In this document: positions 38,552-47,837 of the stretch, in pieces
How the letters are laid out: each line of letters opens with the position of its first letter
Position numbering within the stretch: position 1 is the stretch's first letter
Source: an uncultured Porphyromonas sp.
GTDB lineage: Bacteria > Bacteroidota > Bacteroidia > Bacteroidales > Porphyromonadaceae
Length of the DNA: 64,000 bases
NCBI RefSeq assembly: GCF_938039215.1
Contig: NZ_CALHVI010000005.1
Span: 14,095 to 78,094, forward strand
Direction: 5' to 3'
Made by a program: the position numbers and the translations under genes
Notes under the pieces: generated by a model
Databases searched by the model: none
What the model saw: the letters and a program-made list of their open reading frames with translations, nothing else
What the model was told of the DNA's origin: nothing

Positions 38552-38920
38552 ATGGACAGCAGACTGACCCTCTCTGATGCTCAGCGCCTCGTCGACGAAT
38601 GGATACAGACCTACGGCGTACGCTACTTCTCCCCCCTGACGAATATGGCTATTCTCACCGAAGAAGTGGGTGAGGTCGCCCGGCTTATGGCTCGCCTCTA
38701 TGGTGATCAGAGCTTCAAGAAGAGCGATGAGGGGAAGACGCTCGATGATGAACTGGCAGATGTACTCTGGGTGCTCCTCTGCATCGCTAATCAGACGGGA
38801 GTCGATCTCCATAGCGCTCTGATGAAGAATATCGAGAAGAAGACCCAGCGAGACCGAGATCGCCATCGTGCTAACCCCAAGCTAGCCGCCACCGAAGAAG
38901 AAATAGAACCTAAGCAATAG
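38552..38920 (+). CDS. MazG-like nucleotide pyrophosphohydrolase
   Basis: LTEEVGEVAR, DELADVLWVL; TATCTTTG box at 38488. Confidence 0.9.
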   Translation: MDSRLTLSDAQRLVDEWIQTYGVRYFSPLTNMAILTEEVGEVARLMARLYGDQSFKKSDEGKTLDDELADVLWVLLCIANQTGVDLHSALMKNIEKKTQRDRDRHRANPKLAATEEEIEPKQ

Positions 38921-38928
38921 TTTACTCC

Positions 38929-39804
38929 ATGGTAGAAACAAACTTAACTAAGTACACCGAGGCTTTTGAAGCCTTCGCCCCCGCTCTCTCCCTAGAGGAG
39001 ATCGACAGCCGTATCGCTAAGATCCTCGAAGAGGGCTATGAGCGCAACAACACCCGTGAGGTGAAGAAGTTCCTTCACTCCACCATTGATCTCACCACGC
39101 TGGCAGGAGCAGACACCGAAGAGAAGGTGGCTCAGCTCGTCGGCTCTGTCAATGACTTCGAGGGGACGGAGGATGTCCCTTCGGTCGCTGCTATCTGCGT
39201 CTACCCCAACTTCGTCAAGACCGTGCGTGAGGTGCTCACTGCTTCGGGGGTCCAAGTCGCTTGTGTCAGTGGTGCCTTCCCCGCATCACAGAGCTTCACC
39301 GAAGTGAAGATCGCCGAGACGGCGCTTGCCGTCGCTGCTGGTGCCGACGAGATCGACATCGTACTCAATCTAGGTGCTTTCCTCTCGGGCGACTACCTCG
39401 AAGCCTCTACCGAGATCGAAGAACAGAAGGCTACGGCTCGAGGTGCTCACCTCAAGGTCATCCTCGAGACGGGTGCGCTCAAGGAGCCCGAACTTATTCG
39501 CCGAGCCAGCATCCTTGCCCTCTTCTCTGGGGCTGACTTCCTCAAGACTTCTACGGGGAAGGAATATCCAGGTGCGGATCTGCGTGCTGCCTACATCCTC
39601 TGCTCCGTCCTCAAGGAGTACAAGGAGAAGTATGGCGAGCAGCGTGGGGTGAAGTTCAGTGGGGGTATCCGTTCGGCCGAAGAGGCTGTGAAGTACTACA
39701 CGCTGGTAGAAGCGATCCTCGGCAAGGAATGGCTCGACAATCGCTTCTTCCGCATCGGTGCAAGTAGTCTCGTAGGCAGTCTCCAGAAGGAGATCCTTGG
39801 CTAG
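38929..39804 (+). CDS. deoC: Deoxyribose-phosphate aldolase
   Basis: IDLTTL, AAICVYP, GADEID, LKVILETG, DFLKTSTGK, RIGAS. Confidence 0.95.
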   Translation: MVETNLTKYTEAFEAFAPALSLEEIDSRIAKILEEGYERNNTREVKKFLHSTIDLTTLAGADTEEKVAQLVGSVNDFEGTEDVPSVAAICVYPNFVKTVREVLTASGVQVACVSGAFPASQSFTEVKIAETALAVAAGADEIDIVLNLGAFLSGDYLEASTEIEEQKATARGAHLKVILETGALKEPELIRRASILALFSGADFLKTSTGKEYPGADLRAAYILCSVLKEYKEKYGEQRGVKFSGGIRSAEEAVKYYTLVEAILGKEWLDNRFFRIGASSLVGSLQKEILG

Positions 39805-39909
39805 TCCGAGCCTTCGCCTTCCGAAGGATAGGTTTTTTCTTAGGTAGCGCCTCCCAGAGCATGTGCTTAGCCCCTACGGCTCGGTGCTGTATGCTCAGCT
39901 ACCCAGTAC

Positions 39910-39951
39910 AGCTAGCGCTCAGGATGATCCATCCCGAGCGCTAGCTCTTTA
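39910..39951. terminator. Stem-loop between convergent deoC and the dipeptidase gene
   Basis: AGCTAGCGCTC / GAGCGCTAGCT followed by CTTTT. Confidence 0.6.
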
Positions 39952-40003
39952 TTATCTATTGCTCCCATAGGGGAGCGCTCATAGCTCCGCCATCACGGCG
40001 GGA

Positions 40004-40669
40004 CTAGAAGGCGAGGAGCCGATAGCGCTTGCGCACCTCTCCCATAGACATACGCTCCTGATAGTGCCACCACTCCTTGTCATAGGGGCGCAGGCCTTCA
40101 GCCCCCAGCAGACGGCGCATGAGCGCCCTATTGCGTGGCACTTCTTCGGAGAAGATCCCCGCACGTACACGAGCCTCTTCGTTGCCAAGGTGAGCCTCCT
40201 CACCGAAGTGATCGAAGGGGCTTCCCATATCTAGGGGCTTGCCCTTGTCGTCGATGATGGTGAGGTCGACAGCGACCCCATAGTTGTGCCGTCCGCCTCG
40301 CTCGGGTGCTGCTACGTAGATCTTCTTGGGTGTGCCAGCGACAGCTTGGTACATCCGTCGCTGGACGCTCTGGGGGCGAGCAGCGTCGTAGATGAGGAAG
40401 CGGTAGCCTGGGAGCTCTGCCTCGAGGGCTTGCTGAGCACGGGCCAGGGCACGAGCGAGGTTGGGGTGAAGGTAAGCCTTCTTGAGTGTGCCGTACATAT
40501 TTTCCCCGATGAAGTTGTCTCGGGTAGCGTACTTCAGTTCGACACGGATATGCGGGGCAAGCTGGGTGACCTCGACCATGCCATGCGCACGCATGAGCGA
40601 GTCGAAGCCCTGAGCCGAGAGGCTCGTGCTCCAGAGGAGGAGCAGGGGAAGGAGGAGTCGTAGAAGCAT
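40004..40669 (-). CDS. ddpX: Exported D-alanyl-D-alanine dipeptidase (peptidase M15D)
   Basis: YATRDNF, YDAARP, HNYGVAVDLT, DMGSPFD, EWWHY; signal peptide from MLLRLLL. Confidence 0.82.
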   Translation of the reverse strand: MLLRLLLPLLLLWSTSLSAQGFDSLMRAHGMVEVTQLAPHIRVELKYATRDNFIGENMYGTLKKAYLHPNLARALARAQQALEAELPGYRFLIYDAARPQSVQRRMYQAVAGTPKKIYVAAPERGGRHNYGVAVDLTIIDDKGKPLDMGSPFDHFGEEAHLGNEEARVRAGIFSEEVPRNRALMRRLLGAEGLRPYDKEWWHYQERMSMGEVRKRYRLLAF

Positions 40670-40877
40670 CTTGTGAGGCGTGCTCTGCTTAGTCAAGAGC
40701 GGGGGCAAGATACGCAAAATAATAGGCTCGGGGGAGTGAGGTTAGTCCTAGAGAAGTAACTAGCTCCCGCCTAAGCTATCCTACTGATGGATCTCCCAGA
40801 TCGACGAGGGTATCCTTCTGGAAGCTCCCTGCTTCCCCCCATGACCTGTATGAGAGATAGACTGCCGCATCAAAGAG

Positions 40878-40922
40878 GCGAGGCTACGCCACAAGCTAAG
40901 GGTGCTTGTGACGTAGCCTCGC
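40878..40922 (-). terminator. Terminal stem-loop of the TonB/lipoprotein locus
   Basis: GCGAGGCTACG-C-CACAAGC / GCTTGTG-A-CGTAGCCTCGC. Confidence 0.7.
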
Positions 40923-40952
40923 TGGTCTTAGGACACTAAGACTTGGGATGAA

Positions 40953-42236
40953 CTAGGGGCGACGACCGTTGAGGAAGATCGCATTCACATCGGCTGCATA
41001 GTGCAGATCAAGCTCACGGAGCTTCTTAGCGGGGACATTGTCCTCCTTGAAGAGCGAGAAGACCAGCACCTTCGTCAGGTCATGCAGGAGAGGACCCGAG
41101 CGTCCTTGGTCAAGGTAGGAGACGAAGAGCTGATCGAGGTCGGGGTTGAACCCGACTTGCATCTTGTAGCCCTGCCTATTGTCCGCCTCCGTGCGCCCTG
41201 CGATGGTGTAGTAGCGAGTAGACACGAGTCCCTGGACTTTATTCTCTTCGCTCGGGAGCGTGAGCTTCGCTGTGTAGACACTGCGTTCCTTGGCATCGGA
41301 GCCCCCTTGGTCCGAGGTGCTCCCCGAATAATAGAGGCGCTGGGAGCGGGCATCATAGCAGATGCTTCGGCCGACTTGCTCGGTGAGGGTGAAGCGAGCC
41401 ACGACCTTCCCCTCCTTCATGGAGAAGAGGTAGTAGCGAGCGGAGCTGTCTTTCAGAACGAGCCACTCTTCGCCTGCTCGCAGGACCTCCTTGATCGTAG
41501 CGCCCGAGAGGGCGATGGGGATCTTGCGGGCAGCAAGACTCCCCTTATCGAAGGCAAAGGCTTCCGTACCGTAGCGAACGAAGAAGTACCCATGATCCTC
41601 CCAAGACGCTCCGCCCGAAGCGAAGCCCCAGATCCCCGTAAGTGGCTTCATCTCACCCGTCTCGACATCGAGGCGGTAGTAGTGCTTCTTGTCGAAGGAG
41701 AGATAGGTAGATCCATCGCTAAGCGTAAAGGATTGGCGTACCCATTCATCCCCGTCGTTAGGCTGGCGGATAAGGAGGTTCTTGACGATCTTCATCGTCT
41801 TTGCGTCGAAGAGGAAAAGACGGGAAGCATGCTTGGAGCCCGTGAAGTCGTACTTCGCTAGATAAGCTAGATAGTCTCCAGCACGGCTCAGCGTGCCTTC
41901 GCAGATCTCGCCCTTGCCCTCGAAGTCACTATTGCCTTCTGCCCCCTTCTCGGAGAAGACGCTCGTGAGCTGCTCGCCCTTCCGGTCGAGGAGGAAAAGC
42001 GAGGGCGATACCCCGACTTCCGAAGGCTGGCTCGTCAAGACGGAGGCCAGTCCTTGGTTGAAGAGGATGGTATAGCCTTGGTAACCCTCGTAGGCGGGGG
42101 GCTGTGGTGTGGGAGGTGGTGTAGGTGTGGGGGTAGGAGTAGGCTTCGGCTGGGGCTCTGGTAGGGGTGTGGACTTGTCGCCACAAGCCGTAAGCAGACC
42201 GAGCGCAAGCACCACTCCAAAGATGCGGTAGTTCAT
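40953..42236 (-). CDS. Hypothetical lipoprotein with Pro/Thr linker, probable beta-propeller
   Basis: Lipobox LTAC; PT-rich stalk; beta-strand-rich body with LFNQG resembling the LLNEG start of the neighbouring propeller lipoproteins. Confidence 0.6.
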   Translation of the reverse strand: MNYRIFGVVLALGLLTACGDKSTPLPEPQPKPTPTPTPTPPPTPQPPAYEGYQGYTILFNQGLASVLTSQPSEVGVSPSLFLLDRKGEQLTSVFSEKGAEGNSDFEGKGEICEGTLSRAGDYLAYLAKYDFTGSKHASRLFLFDAKTMKIVKNLLIRQPNDGDEWVRQSFTLSDGSTYLSFDKKHYYRLDVETGEMKPLTGIWGFASGGASWEDHGYFFVRYGTEAFAFDKGSLAARKIPIALSGATIKEVLRAGEEWLVLKDSSARYYLFSMKEGKVVARFTLTEQVGRSICYDARSQRLYYSGSTSDQGGSDAKERSVYTAKLTLPSEENKVQGLVSTRYYTIAGRTEADNRQGYKMQVGFNPDLDQLFVSYLDQGRSGPLLHDLTKVLVFSLFKEDNVPAKKLRELDLHYAADVNAIFLNGRRP

Positions 42237-42269
42237 AGTCTGAGGTATATACAGAGGAAAGAAAAGTAA

Positions 42270-42308
42270 GAAGGCGAGGTAGCCACGCTCGTGGGCTACC
42301 TCGCCTTC
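42270..42308 (-). terminator. Intra-locus terminator-like hairpin
   Basis: GAAGGCGAGGTAGCC / GGCTACCTCGCCTTC with a U-rich tail on the - strand. Confidence 0.65.
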
Positions 42309-42320
42309 CTCATGAAGGAC

Positions 42321-43817
42321 TTACTTCAGGTCCTTGACGGTGAAGTTCTTCCACTTACCGTCGGTGATCTGATAGGTTTCCTTGTTTGCAGGGGTCACGT
42401 AGAGGACGGGATCCTTCATCTGACCGAAGGCCACATGACCATCATGGAAAGGATCATCGTCGCTGTAGGGGTTGAAGTCTACCTCGGGCATAGCACCAAG
42501 GAGGACAGCAACACCAGAGTTCTTATAATTGCCATGGAAAGCACCGCGACCGATCTTCTTTACAGCAGGTAGGCTGATGTAGGTGATCTTGAGACCATTG
42601 CCACTGATGTTAGAGCCACCATTGAAGCAGATATGCCCGATCTCTTCCAGCTTGGGGAAGTTCACAGCATCGAGTGAAGCGTTATCGAGGAAGCAACCTT
42701 CTCCTACTCTCTTCAGCTTGGGCAGGTGAGCATAGTTGAGGCTCGCCGTAGCATTGAAGGCATAGTTCCCGATTTCTTCTACACCTTCTGCATAGATGGC
42801 CTTGAAGTTCTGGAACTTGTCACCGAATACTCCGCCCTCGATACGCTTGATGCTGGAGGGAAGGACGAGGACACCGTTCTTACCCTGACCAGCGAGGTAG
42901 TATTGGTTCTTGATGCCTTTGAGGACACCATCCTTGACATTGAATGCCTTGCTATCGAGTTCTGCTGGGATCTTGATACCATCAAGCTTAGCGAAGTGGT
43001 GGCGAGCGATGTACTCGAAGTACTGTAGGAAGTTGGGGTTGTTAGCTTCGTTGAAGACGAGCACCTTGTCCTCTGGGGTATTCCAGAAAGCATCTTCTGC
43101 TGTGCCAAAGTCCTTGTCAGTTTCGTCGATAGCGAGGGGAGGACGCTGAGCGCCACCGAAGTCTACCTTAACTAGACCGATACAGCCCTTGAAGGCAGCA
43201 GCACCGATCTTCTTGATACCAGGAGCATGGATCTCCTTGAGGCGAGTGTTCCCTTCGAAGACCTTATCTGCGATCTCCTTGACAGAAGCTTCGAGCTTGA
43301 CTACGCCATCGGCAGGAGTCTTGTCAATAGGATAGTTGAGGAGGACACCATTCTCGATCTCGATCTGAGTGCCTGGGAGAGGAGTGCCGTTGATCGTCAT
43401 GAACTGATACTTCTTAGCGAAGTCCATGAAGTCAGCGACCTTCTCTGCAGGTACGACGAGATCCTTCTCTTCGGAAGTACCATCAAAGGCACCTTCGCCG
43501 ACAGTTGGCACGGTAGCACCGAGGTGAAGGCTCTTGAGCGAAGAGCCCTTGAAGGCTGCTGCTCCGATCTTGGTGAGCTTAGGAGCCTTGAGAGTTCTGA
43601 GGGTCTTGTAGCCTTCGAAGACCTTATCTGCGATCTCGGTGACTTCAGGCAGAGAGACAAGCTCCGAGGGCATGATCTCCTTCTCTGGATAAGCAGAGAG
43701 GACACCCTTGTCGATCTTGATCCCGCTCTTGGGGAGGACGGGAGTCACGTCATCCGAGGTACATGAGCTAAGGCCTAGGGTAAGCGTTAAGGCCAGAGTT
43801 AGAAACTTCTTGATCAT
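42321..43817 (-). CDS. Lipoprotein with BspA-type (TpLRR/LRR_5) leucine-rich repeats
   Basis: Lipobox LSSC-TSDD; repeats such as VTEIADKVFEG..LRTLKAPKLTKIGAAAFKG. Confidence 0.85.
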   Translation of the reverse strand: MIKKFLTLALTLTLGLSSCTSDDVTPVLPKSGIKIDKGVLSAYPEKEIMPSELVSLPEVTEIADKVFEGYKTLRTLKAPKLTKIGAAAFKGSSLKSLHLGATVPTVGEGAFDGTSEEKDLVVPAEKVADFMDFAKKYQFMTINGTPLPGTQIEIENGVLLNYPIDKTPADGVVKLEASVKEIADKVFEGNTRLKEIHAPGIKKIGAAAFKGCIGLVKVDFGGAQRPPLAIDETDKDFGTAEDAFWNTPEDKVLVFNEANNPNFLQYFEYIARHHFAKLDGIKIPAELDSKAFNVKDGVLKGIKNQYYLAGQGKNGVLVLPSSIKRIEGGVFGDKFQNFKAIYAEGVEEIGNYAFNATASLNYAHLPKLKRVGEGCFLDNASLDAVNFPKLEEIGHICFNGGSNISGNGLKITYISLPAVKKIGRGAFHGNYKNSGVAVLLGAMPEVDFNPYSDDDPFHDGHVAFGQMKDPVLYVTPANKETYQITDGKWKNFTVKDLK

Positions 43818-43900
43818 AGTGATGAATTGGTTGGAAAAGTAAAGGGGCAGTCTCCCCCTCAGGGCTAGCTTGCGCCGAGGGAGAGACTGTGCGGGTCTAA

Positions 43901-45232
43901 TTACTTAGGCTCGTTGGTGAAGCCGTAGCCCTCCTGCTGGGGCACGAGGTGCTTCAGCGTCTTGGGATAGGCGAGGTATTCAGCAGGGATAGCGCCCGTG
44001 AGCTTGTTGCCAGAGAGAGCAAAGATTGTGTAGCCGTAGCTAGGGAGACCTAGGACGTTGGCGTACTTCTCTGCATCAGGCAGCGTGCGCTTGATGCGAG
44101 CGGGGATGCTACCAGTGAGCTGGTTGTTGCGGAGGTCCACCCAGAGGAGATTGTTCTGCTGTGCACCACCGAAGTCAGTGGGTATCGTACCGGTGAGCTG
44201 GTTGTCGTTGAGGTAGATCTGATAGAGCCCTTCAAGTCCAGCAAGCTCAGCAGGGATCTGGCCCGAGAGCTTGTTGTGCTCGAGGTTGAGGTTCTTGAGC
44301 TTCTTCAGACGACCCAGAGAGGCGGGGATCTGACCAGAGAGCTTGTTGTAGCTGATCATCAGCTCTCGGAGGTTGGCGAGATTACCTAGCTCTGCAGGCA
44401 GGGGCTTAGAGAGCTCATTGAGTCCTGCGGAGAGGTACTCCAGACGCTGCAGTCTGCCAAGCTCTGCGGGGATGCCACCAGTGAAGTGACAGCCGTAGAT
44501 GGAGAGGTAGCGCAGAGCCGAGAGGTTGCCCAGCTCAGCGGGAAGTTCGCCCGTGAAGCCCTGGAAGGAGAGGTCGATGTAGCGAGCCTTAGTCAGCTGA
44601 CCGATCTCACGAGGGAGCTTACCAGAGAGCGTGTACCCGTTGGGGCGATGCTCACGAGCAGTCTTAGGATTGCCATCCCACCACTGGCTGAGATCGTAGC
44701 GGCTGTTGCTTAGATCGAGGGTATCGATCTCCTTAAGCTGCCCGATGGCAGCGGGCAGTTCGCCCGTGAGGTTGGTGAAGCGCAGACGTAGCGAGTTCAG
44801 GCGAGTGAGCTGGAAGAGCTCCTCGGGGATGCTTCCCGAGATCTCACGGTTGTACTGGAGCTGGAGTGTGCGAAGAGCCGTCAGCTGACCGATGGATGCA
44901 GGGATGGAGCCCTTGAGCTTATTCGCACCGAGATAGAGGGCGGTGACACGAGGCTGACCAGCGACAGTGGAGACACGGACACCGTACCACTTACTTACGG
45001 GCTGTTCGCTCGCCCAGTAGTTGGAGTTGGACCAGTTCATCCCGTCGAGGGCGTTGAAGAGATCGACCAGCGCCAGGCTATCGGTCTGGAGCGAGCCGGA
45101 GAGAGGTGCAGAGAGCTCTGTCTCAGCAGCGAGTCCTTCTGTGCGTGGGGCATCCTGTGCGCCCTTGCTACAGCTGGAGACCCCCGTGCCGATGGCGAGG
45201 AGCGTCAGTGCAGATAGAAGAGTTTTCTTCAT
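43901..45232 (-). CDS. Lipoprotein with plant-receptor-type 24-aa leucine-rich repeats
   Basis: Lipobox VSSC; N-cap DSLALVDLFNALDG.NW...WYGV; repeats LxxLxLxxNxLSGxIPxxLGxL; start placed at MKKTLL. Confidence 0.88.
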   Translation of the reverse strand: MKKTLLSALTLLAIGTGVSSCSKGAQDAPRTEGLAAETELSAPLSGSLQTDSLALVDLFNALDGMNWSNSNYWASEQPVSKWYGVRVSTVAGQPRVTALYLGANKLKGSIPASIGQLTALRTLQLQYNREISGSIPEELFQLTRLNSLRLRFTNLTGELPAAIGQLKEIDTLDLSNSRYDLSQWWDGNPKTAREHRPNGYTLSGKLPREIGQLTKARYIDLSFQGFTGELPAELGNLSALRYLSIYGCHFTGGIPAELGRLQRLEYLSAGLNELSKPLPAELGNLANLRELMISYNKLSGQIPASLGRLKKLKNLNLEHNKLSGQIPAELAGLEGLYQIYLNDNQLTGTIPTDFGGAQQNNLLWVDLRNNQLTGSIPARIKRTLPDAEKYANVLGLPSYGYTIFALSGNKLTGAIPAEYLAYPKTLKHLVPQQEGYGFTNEPK

Positions 45233-45402
45233 CGAAAGGTGATTATAATTTAGTGAACGATTATTACTCAAGGCACGCTCTGGCCTTAGCCCCCGAAAGG
45301 GATAAGGCCAAAGCGTCCGGTGAATACTCTGTTGCTTTTAGGCGAGTGCTGCGCCACAGAGACCGAAGCTCTATGCCAAGCGCTCGCTAGGGGAGCGGGT
45401 TG

Positions 45403-46719
45403 CTAGGGAATGAAGTAGAAGCCTGCGGGGAAGGCATTCACCTTCTCACGCTTGAAGAGGAGACTCCCGTCGGGATTGAGGACGAGGGTAATGTTCTTCT
45501 TGTAGGTGCCCCAGTCCCCGAAGGAAGCGAAGTAGATATGTCCCGTCTTGGGATCTACACCGAGGCTATTGTAGTAGATCTTCGCCTCAGAGTCTAGCTT
45601 CAGGATATCCACGATCTCCTTGGTTTCATTCTTAGAGAAGTCGTGGCGGTAGATGACAGGCTTCTGCTCCGTGAAGAAGATCTGATTGTCTTGAGCGAAG
45701 ATCGCTGAGGTCGCCGTCCATCCCTTAGATAGAGACTGAGTCGTGGTATGCTTCTCGAGGATCTTGACCTCCGAAGCTGATACGCTTAGCTTGGCAAGGG
45801 TGTTGGGCTCGGAGTAAGAGAGCCAGAGCTGACCATTAGGAGCAAGCGCAAGCCCCGAGGGAGAGCCTTCGGGAAGAGCGAATGTCTGCTTCACCTGCCC
45901 ATCTTGGAGCACAAGGAGCTTCTTAGTCGAAGTCGTCGCTACGACGAGATCACCGATGGTAGCCATGCGGAGTTTATTGGCCTTATCCGTGCCAGGGATG
46001 AGGTTGAAGCGTCCATCCTCCGTACCGCTATAGATCCCGCTGTTACCTCTGAGGTAGATGCGACCATTGACGACCGCGATATGTGTAGGCCAGTCGGCAG
46101 CGGTTTTAGGATCGTTGATGATCTTGATCTTCTCCAGCGTCTTAGCATCAGCGATGGTCAGCATCCCTTCGCCGCCATTCTTAGGTCCATTCTGAGAGAG
46201 GATGTAGACCTTACCATTGGCGAAAGCCATATCCTGACAGACATTACCCAGCTTCGTGCCATTGACACGGATGTAGGCGCTATCGAGGACGAACTTCTTC
46301 GAGGCATCGATATAGGTGAGTGTACCCGTCTCATTGCTCATGTTCCCTTCGTTGAGGAGGAAGGCTCCCGAGGTGAAGCGAGCGGCGACAGAGAAGTCCT
46401 TGCTTACCTTGCCCCCATTGCGCTTATCGACAAGATCAACCTTGTAGCTTCCAGTGCGGGGCTGAGTGAAGGCATAGTCCTTGCCTTCGGCGACTTCCTT
46501 ACCATTGACTACCCAAGTGAGCTTGGCATCAGCCTTAGCTCCCTGAGCAGAGAGGCGCACTGTGTCGAACTGCAGGAGGCTCGTCGTCTTAGCCTCGATC
46601 GTAAATCCAGGCTGAGGAGTGGGAGTAGGGGTAGGCTTGGGCGAAGGATCATCCTTCTTACAAGCTGTTGCTAGGCTGAGGATACCAGCGATCCCAGCGA
46701 GGAGGAGTTTCTTATTCAT
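45403..46719 (-). CDS. PKD/Ig-like + DUF5074-like beta-propeller lipoprotein
   Basis: Lipobox ATAC-KKDD; LTWVVNGKEV Ig-like module; FLLNEGNM..ETGTLTYI, LGNVCQDM. Confidence 0.75.
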   Translation of the reverse strand: MNKKLLLAGIAGILSLATACKKDDPSPKPTPTPTPQPGFTIEAKTTSLLQFDTVRLSAQGAKADAKLTWVVNGKEVAEGKDYAFTQPRTGSYKVDLVDKRNGGKVSKDFSVAARFTSGAFLLNEGNMSNETGTLTYIDASKKFVLDSAYIRVNGTKLGNVCQDMAFANGKVYILSQNGPKNGGEGMLTIADAKTLEKIKIINDPKTAADWPTHIAVVNGRIYLRGNSGIYSGTEDGRFNLIPGTDKANKLRMATIGDLVVATTSTKKLLVLQDGQVKQTFALPEGSPSGLALAPNGQLWLSYSEPNTLAKLSVSASEVKILEKHTTTQSLSKGWTATSAIFAQDNQIFFTEQKPVIYRHDFSKNETKEIVDILKLDSEAKIYYNSLGVDPKTGHIYFASFGDWGTYKKNITLVLNPDGSLLFKREKVNAFPAGFYFIP

Positions 46720-46746
46720 GTTATGGTGAATTTAGGTTTGCCTTGT

Positions 46747-47835
46747 CTATCTAGTGGGGATGTCCTCGTTGAGGAGGTGGAGGTCATTGACCCCTGCGAC
46801 TTCGGTCGAGCATTCGCCGAGCCAACCATTGACTTGGTTGATCCCCGTGTGGATGCGGATGAAATCAATGCCAGGGAGATGCACCTTGCGACCATACTTG
46901 TCGATGGCCCAGTCAATATCGATAGCGGAGTCGGCTAGGTCGTTCTTCTCATTGTCTACATAGCCGTAGCGGAACTTGAAGAGGACATAGTAGCGCCCTA
47001 CCCCACTCTGGTCTCGGGCGTTCTGTGGGAGGCGTGTACCACGGAGGGTGAGCTTATCTCCCTTGATCCACTTGGGGTAATAGGACTGGCTGTGGAAGGT
47101 ATTCTTAGGTAGCCAACCGGAGCCCCCCTTATTGTCCGTCCAGTGTACGTACTGCACGATCCCGACGAAGGGGACACCCGTGTCGGGAGACATCTCTTCC
47201 TTGGTAGGACGTTCGTAGGTCATCTCGTAGTCTCGGTAGAAGTTCATGTCCGAGCCTGGGACAGACTTCACGAGGTTGTACCAAGGCTCCTTAGTGTGAT
47301 CCACGTGGGCACTACCCTCGATCTCATACCATTCGTCTTCGTCGGGCTTACCGTTGCGGTTCACGTCGTAGGCGACCATGATCACACCTGGTTCGCAGCT
47401 GCCACCATCGTAGGGTTGCTCATTCTGGTCACCATAGAAGGCATTCCCTAGGACACGGAAGTCACGTTTGCCTGGGACATTGAGGATGGTATGGTCGAAG
47501 CCTACGGTGATGTAACCACCAAAGCCACCGAGGGTGACGAGGCTACGTTGGTTGTCGGCGAGGTATTCAAGCGCCTTCTCGTTCATCTTCTCCTGAGTAT
47601 CCCCGTCTTCGTACTCGGGGAGCTTGTTGGTGAACTGCCCAACGGCTGGCATATACTCGAGGACTCGAGTGATGTAAGGCGTAGCGTTGGGATTGACCTC
47701 TGGCTTAGGGAAGACAGGGACAGGTGGGATGACGGGAGGCTTGGGAGCCTCATCCTTCTTACAGGATACGAAGGCGACAGAGCTTAGAGCTAGGAGCGCC
47801 ATCAGGAGGGAGCTCCAGGAATGAATGGGTTTCAT
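46747..47835 (-). CDS. Cell-surface lipoprotein, BtuH-like
   Basis: Lipobox FVSC-KKDE; VLEYMPAVGQFTN, TLGGFGGYITVGFDH, GNAF, CEPG, GWLGECSTEV. Confidence 0.7.
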   Translation of the reverse strand: MKPIHSWSSLLMALLALSSVAFVSCKKDEAPKPPVIPPVPVFPKPEVNPNATPYITRVLEYMPAVGQFTNKLPEYEDGDTQEKMNEKALEYLADNQRSLVTLGGFGGYITVGFDHTILNVPGKRDFRVLGNAFYGDQNEQPYDGGSCEPGVIMVAYDVNRNGKPDEDEWYEIEGSAHVDHTKEPWYNLVKSVPGSDMNFYRDYEMTYERPTKEEMSPDTGVPFVGIVQYVHWTDNKGGSGWLPKNTFHSQSYYPKWIKGDKLTLRGTRLPQNARDQSGVGRYYVLFKFRYGYVDNEKNDLADSAIDIDWAIDKYGRKVHLPGIDFIRIHTGINQVNGWLGECSTEVAGVNDLHLLNEDIPTR

Positions 47836-47837
47836 AG

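Noticed and set aside
33727..40669. Acquired resistance genes (mcr-like transferase, vanX-like dipeptidase)
   Set aside because: Both look like native chromosomal homologues with backbone composition and no mobile or van-cluster context.
41001..46674. Long + strand ORFs (41001-41861, 43227-43766, 45904-46674) opposite the lipoprotein genes
   Set aside because: Fully overlap well-supported - strand genes; shadow ORFs.
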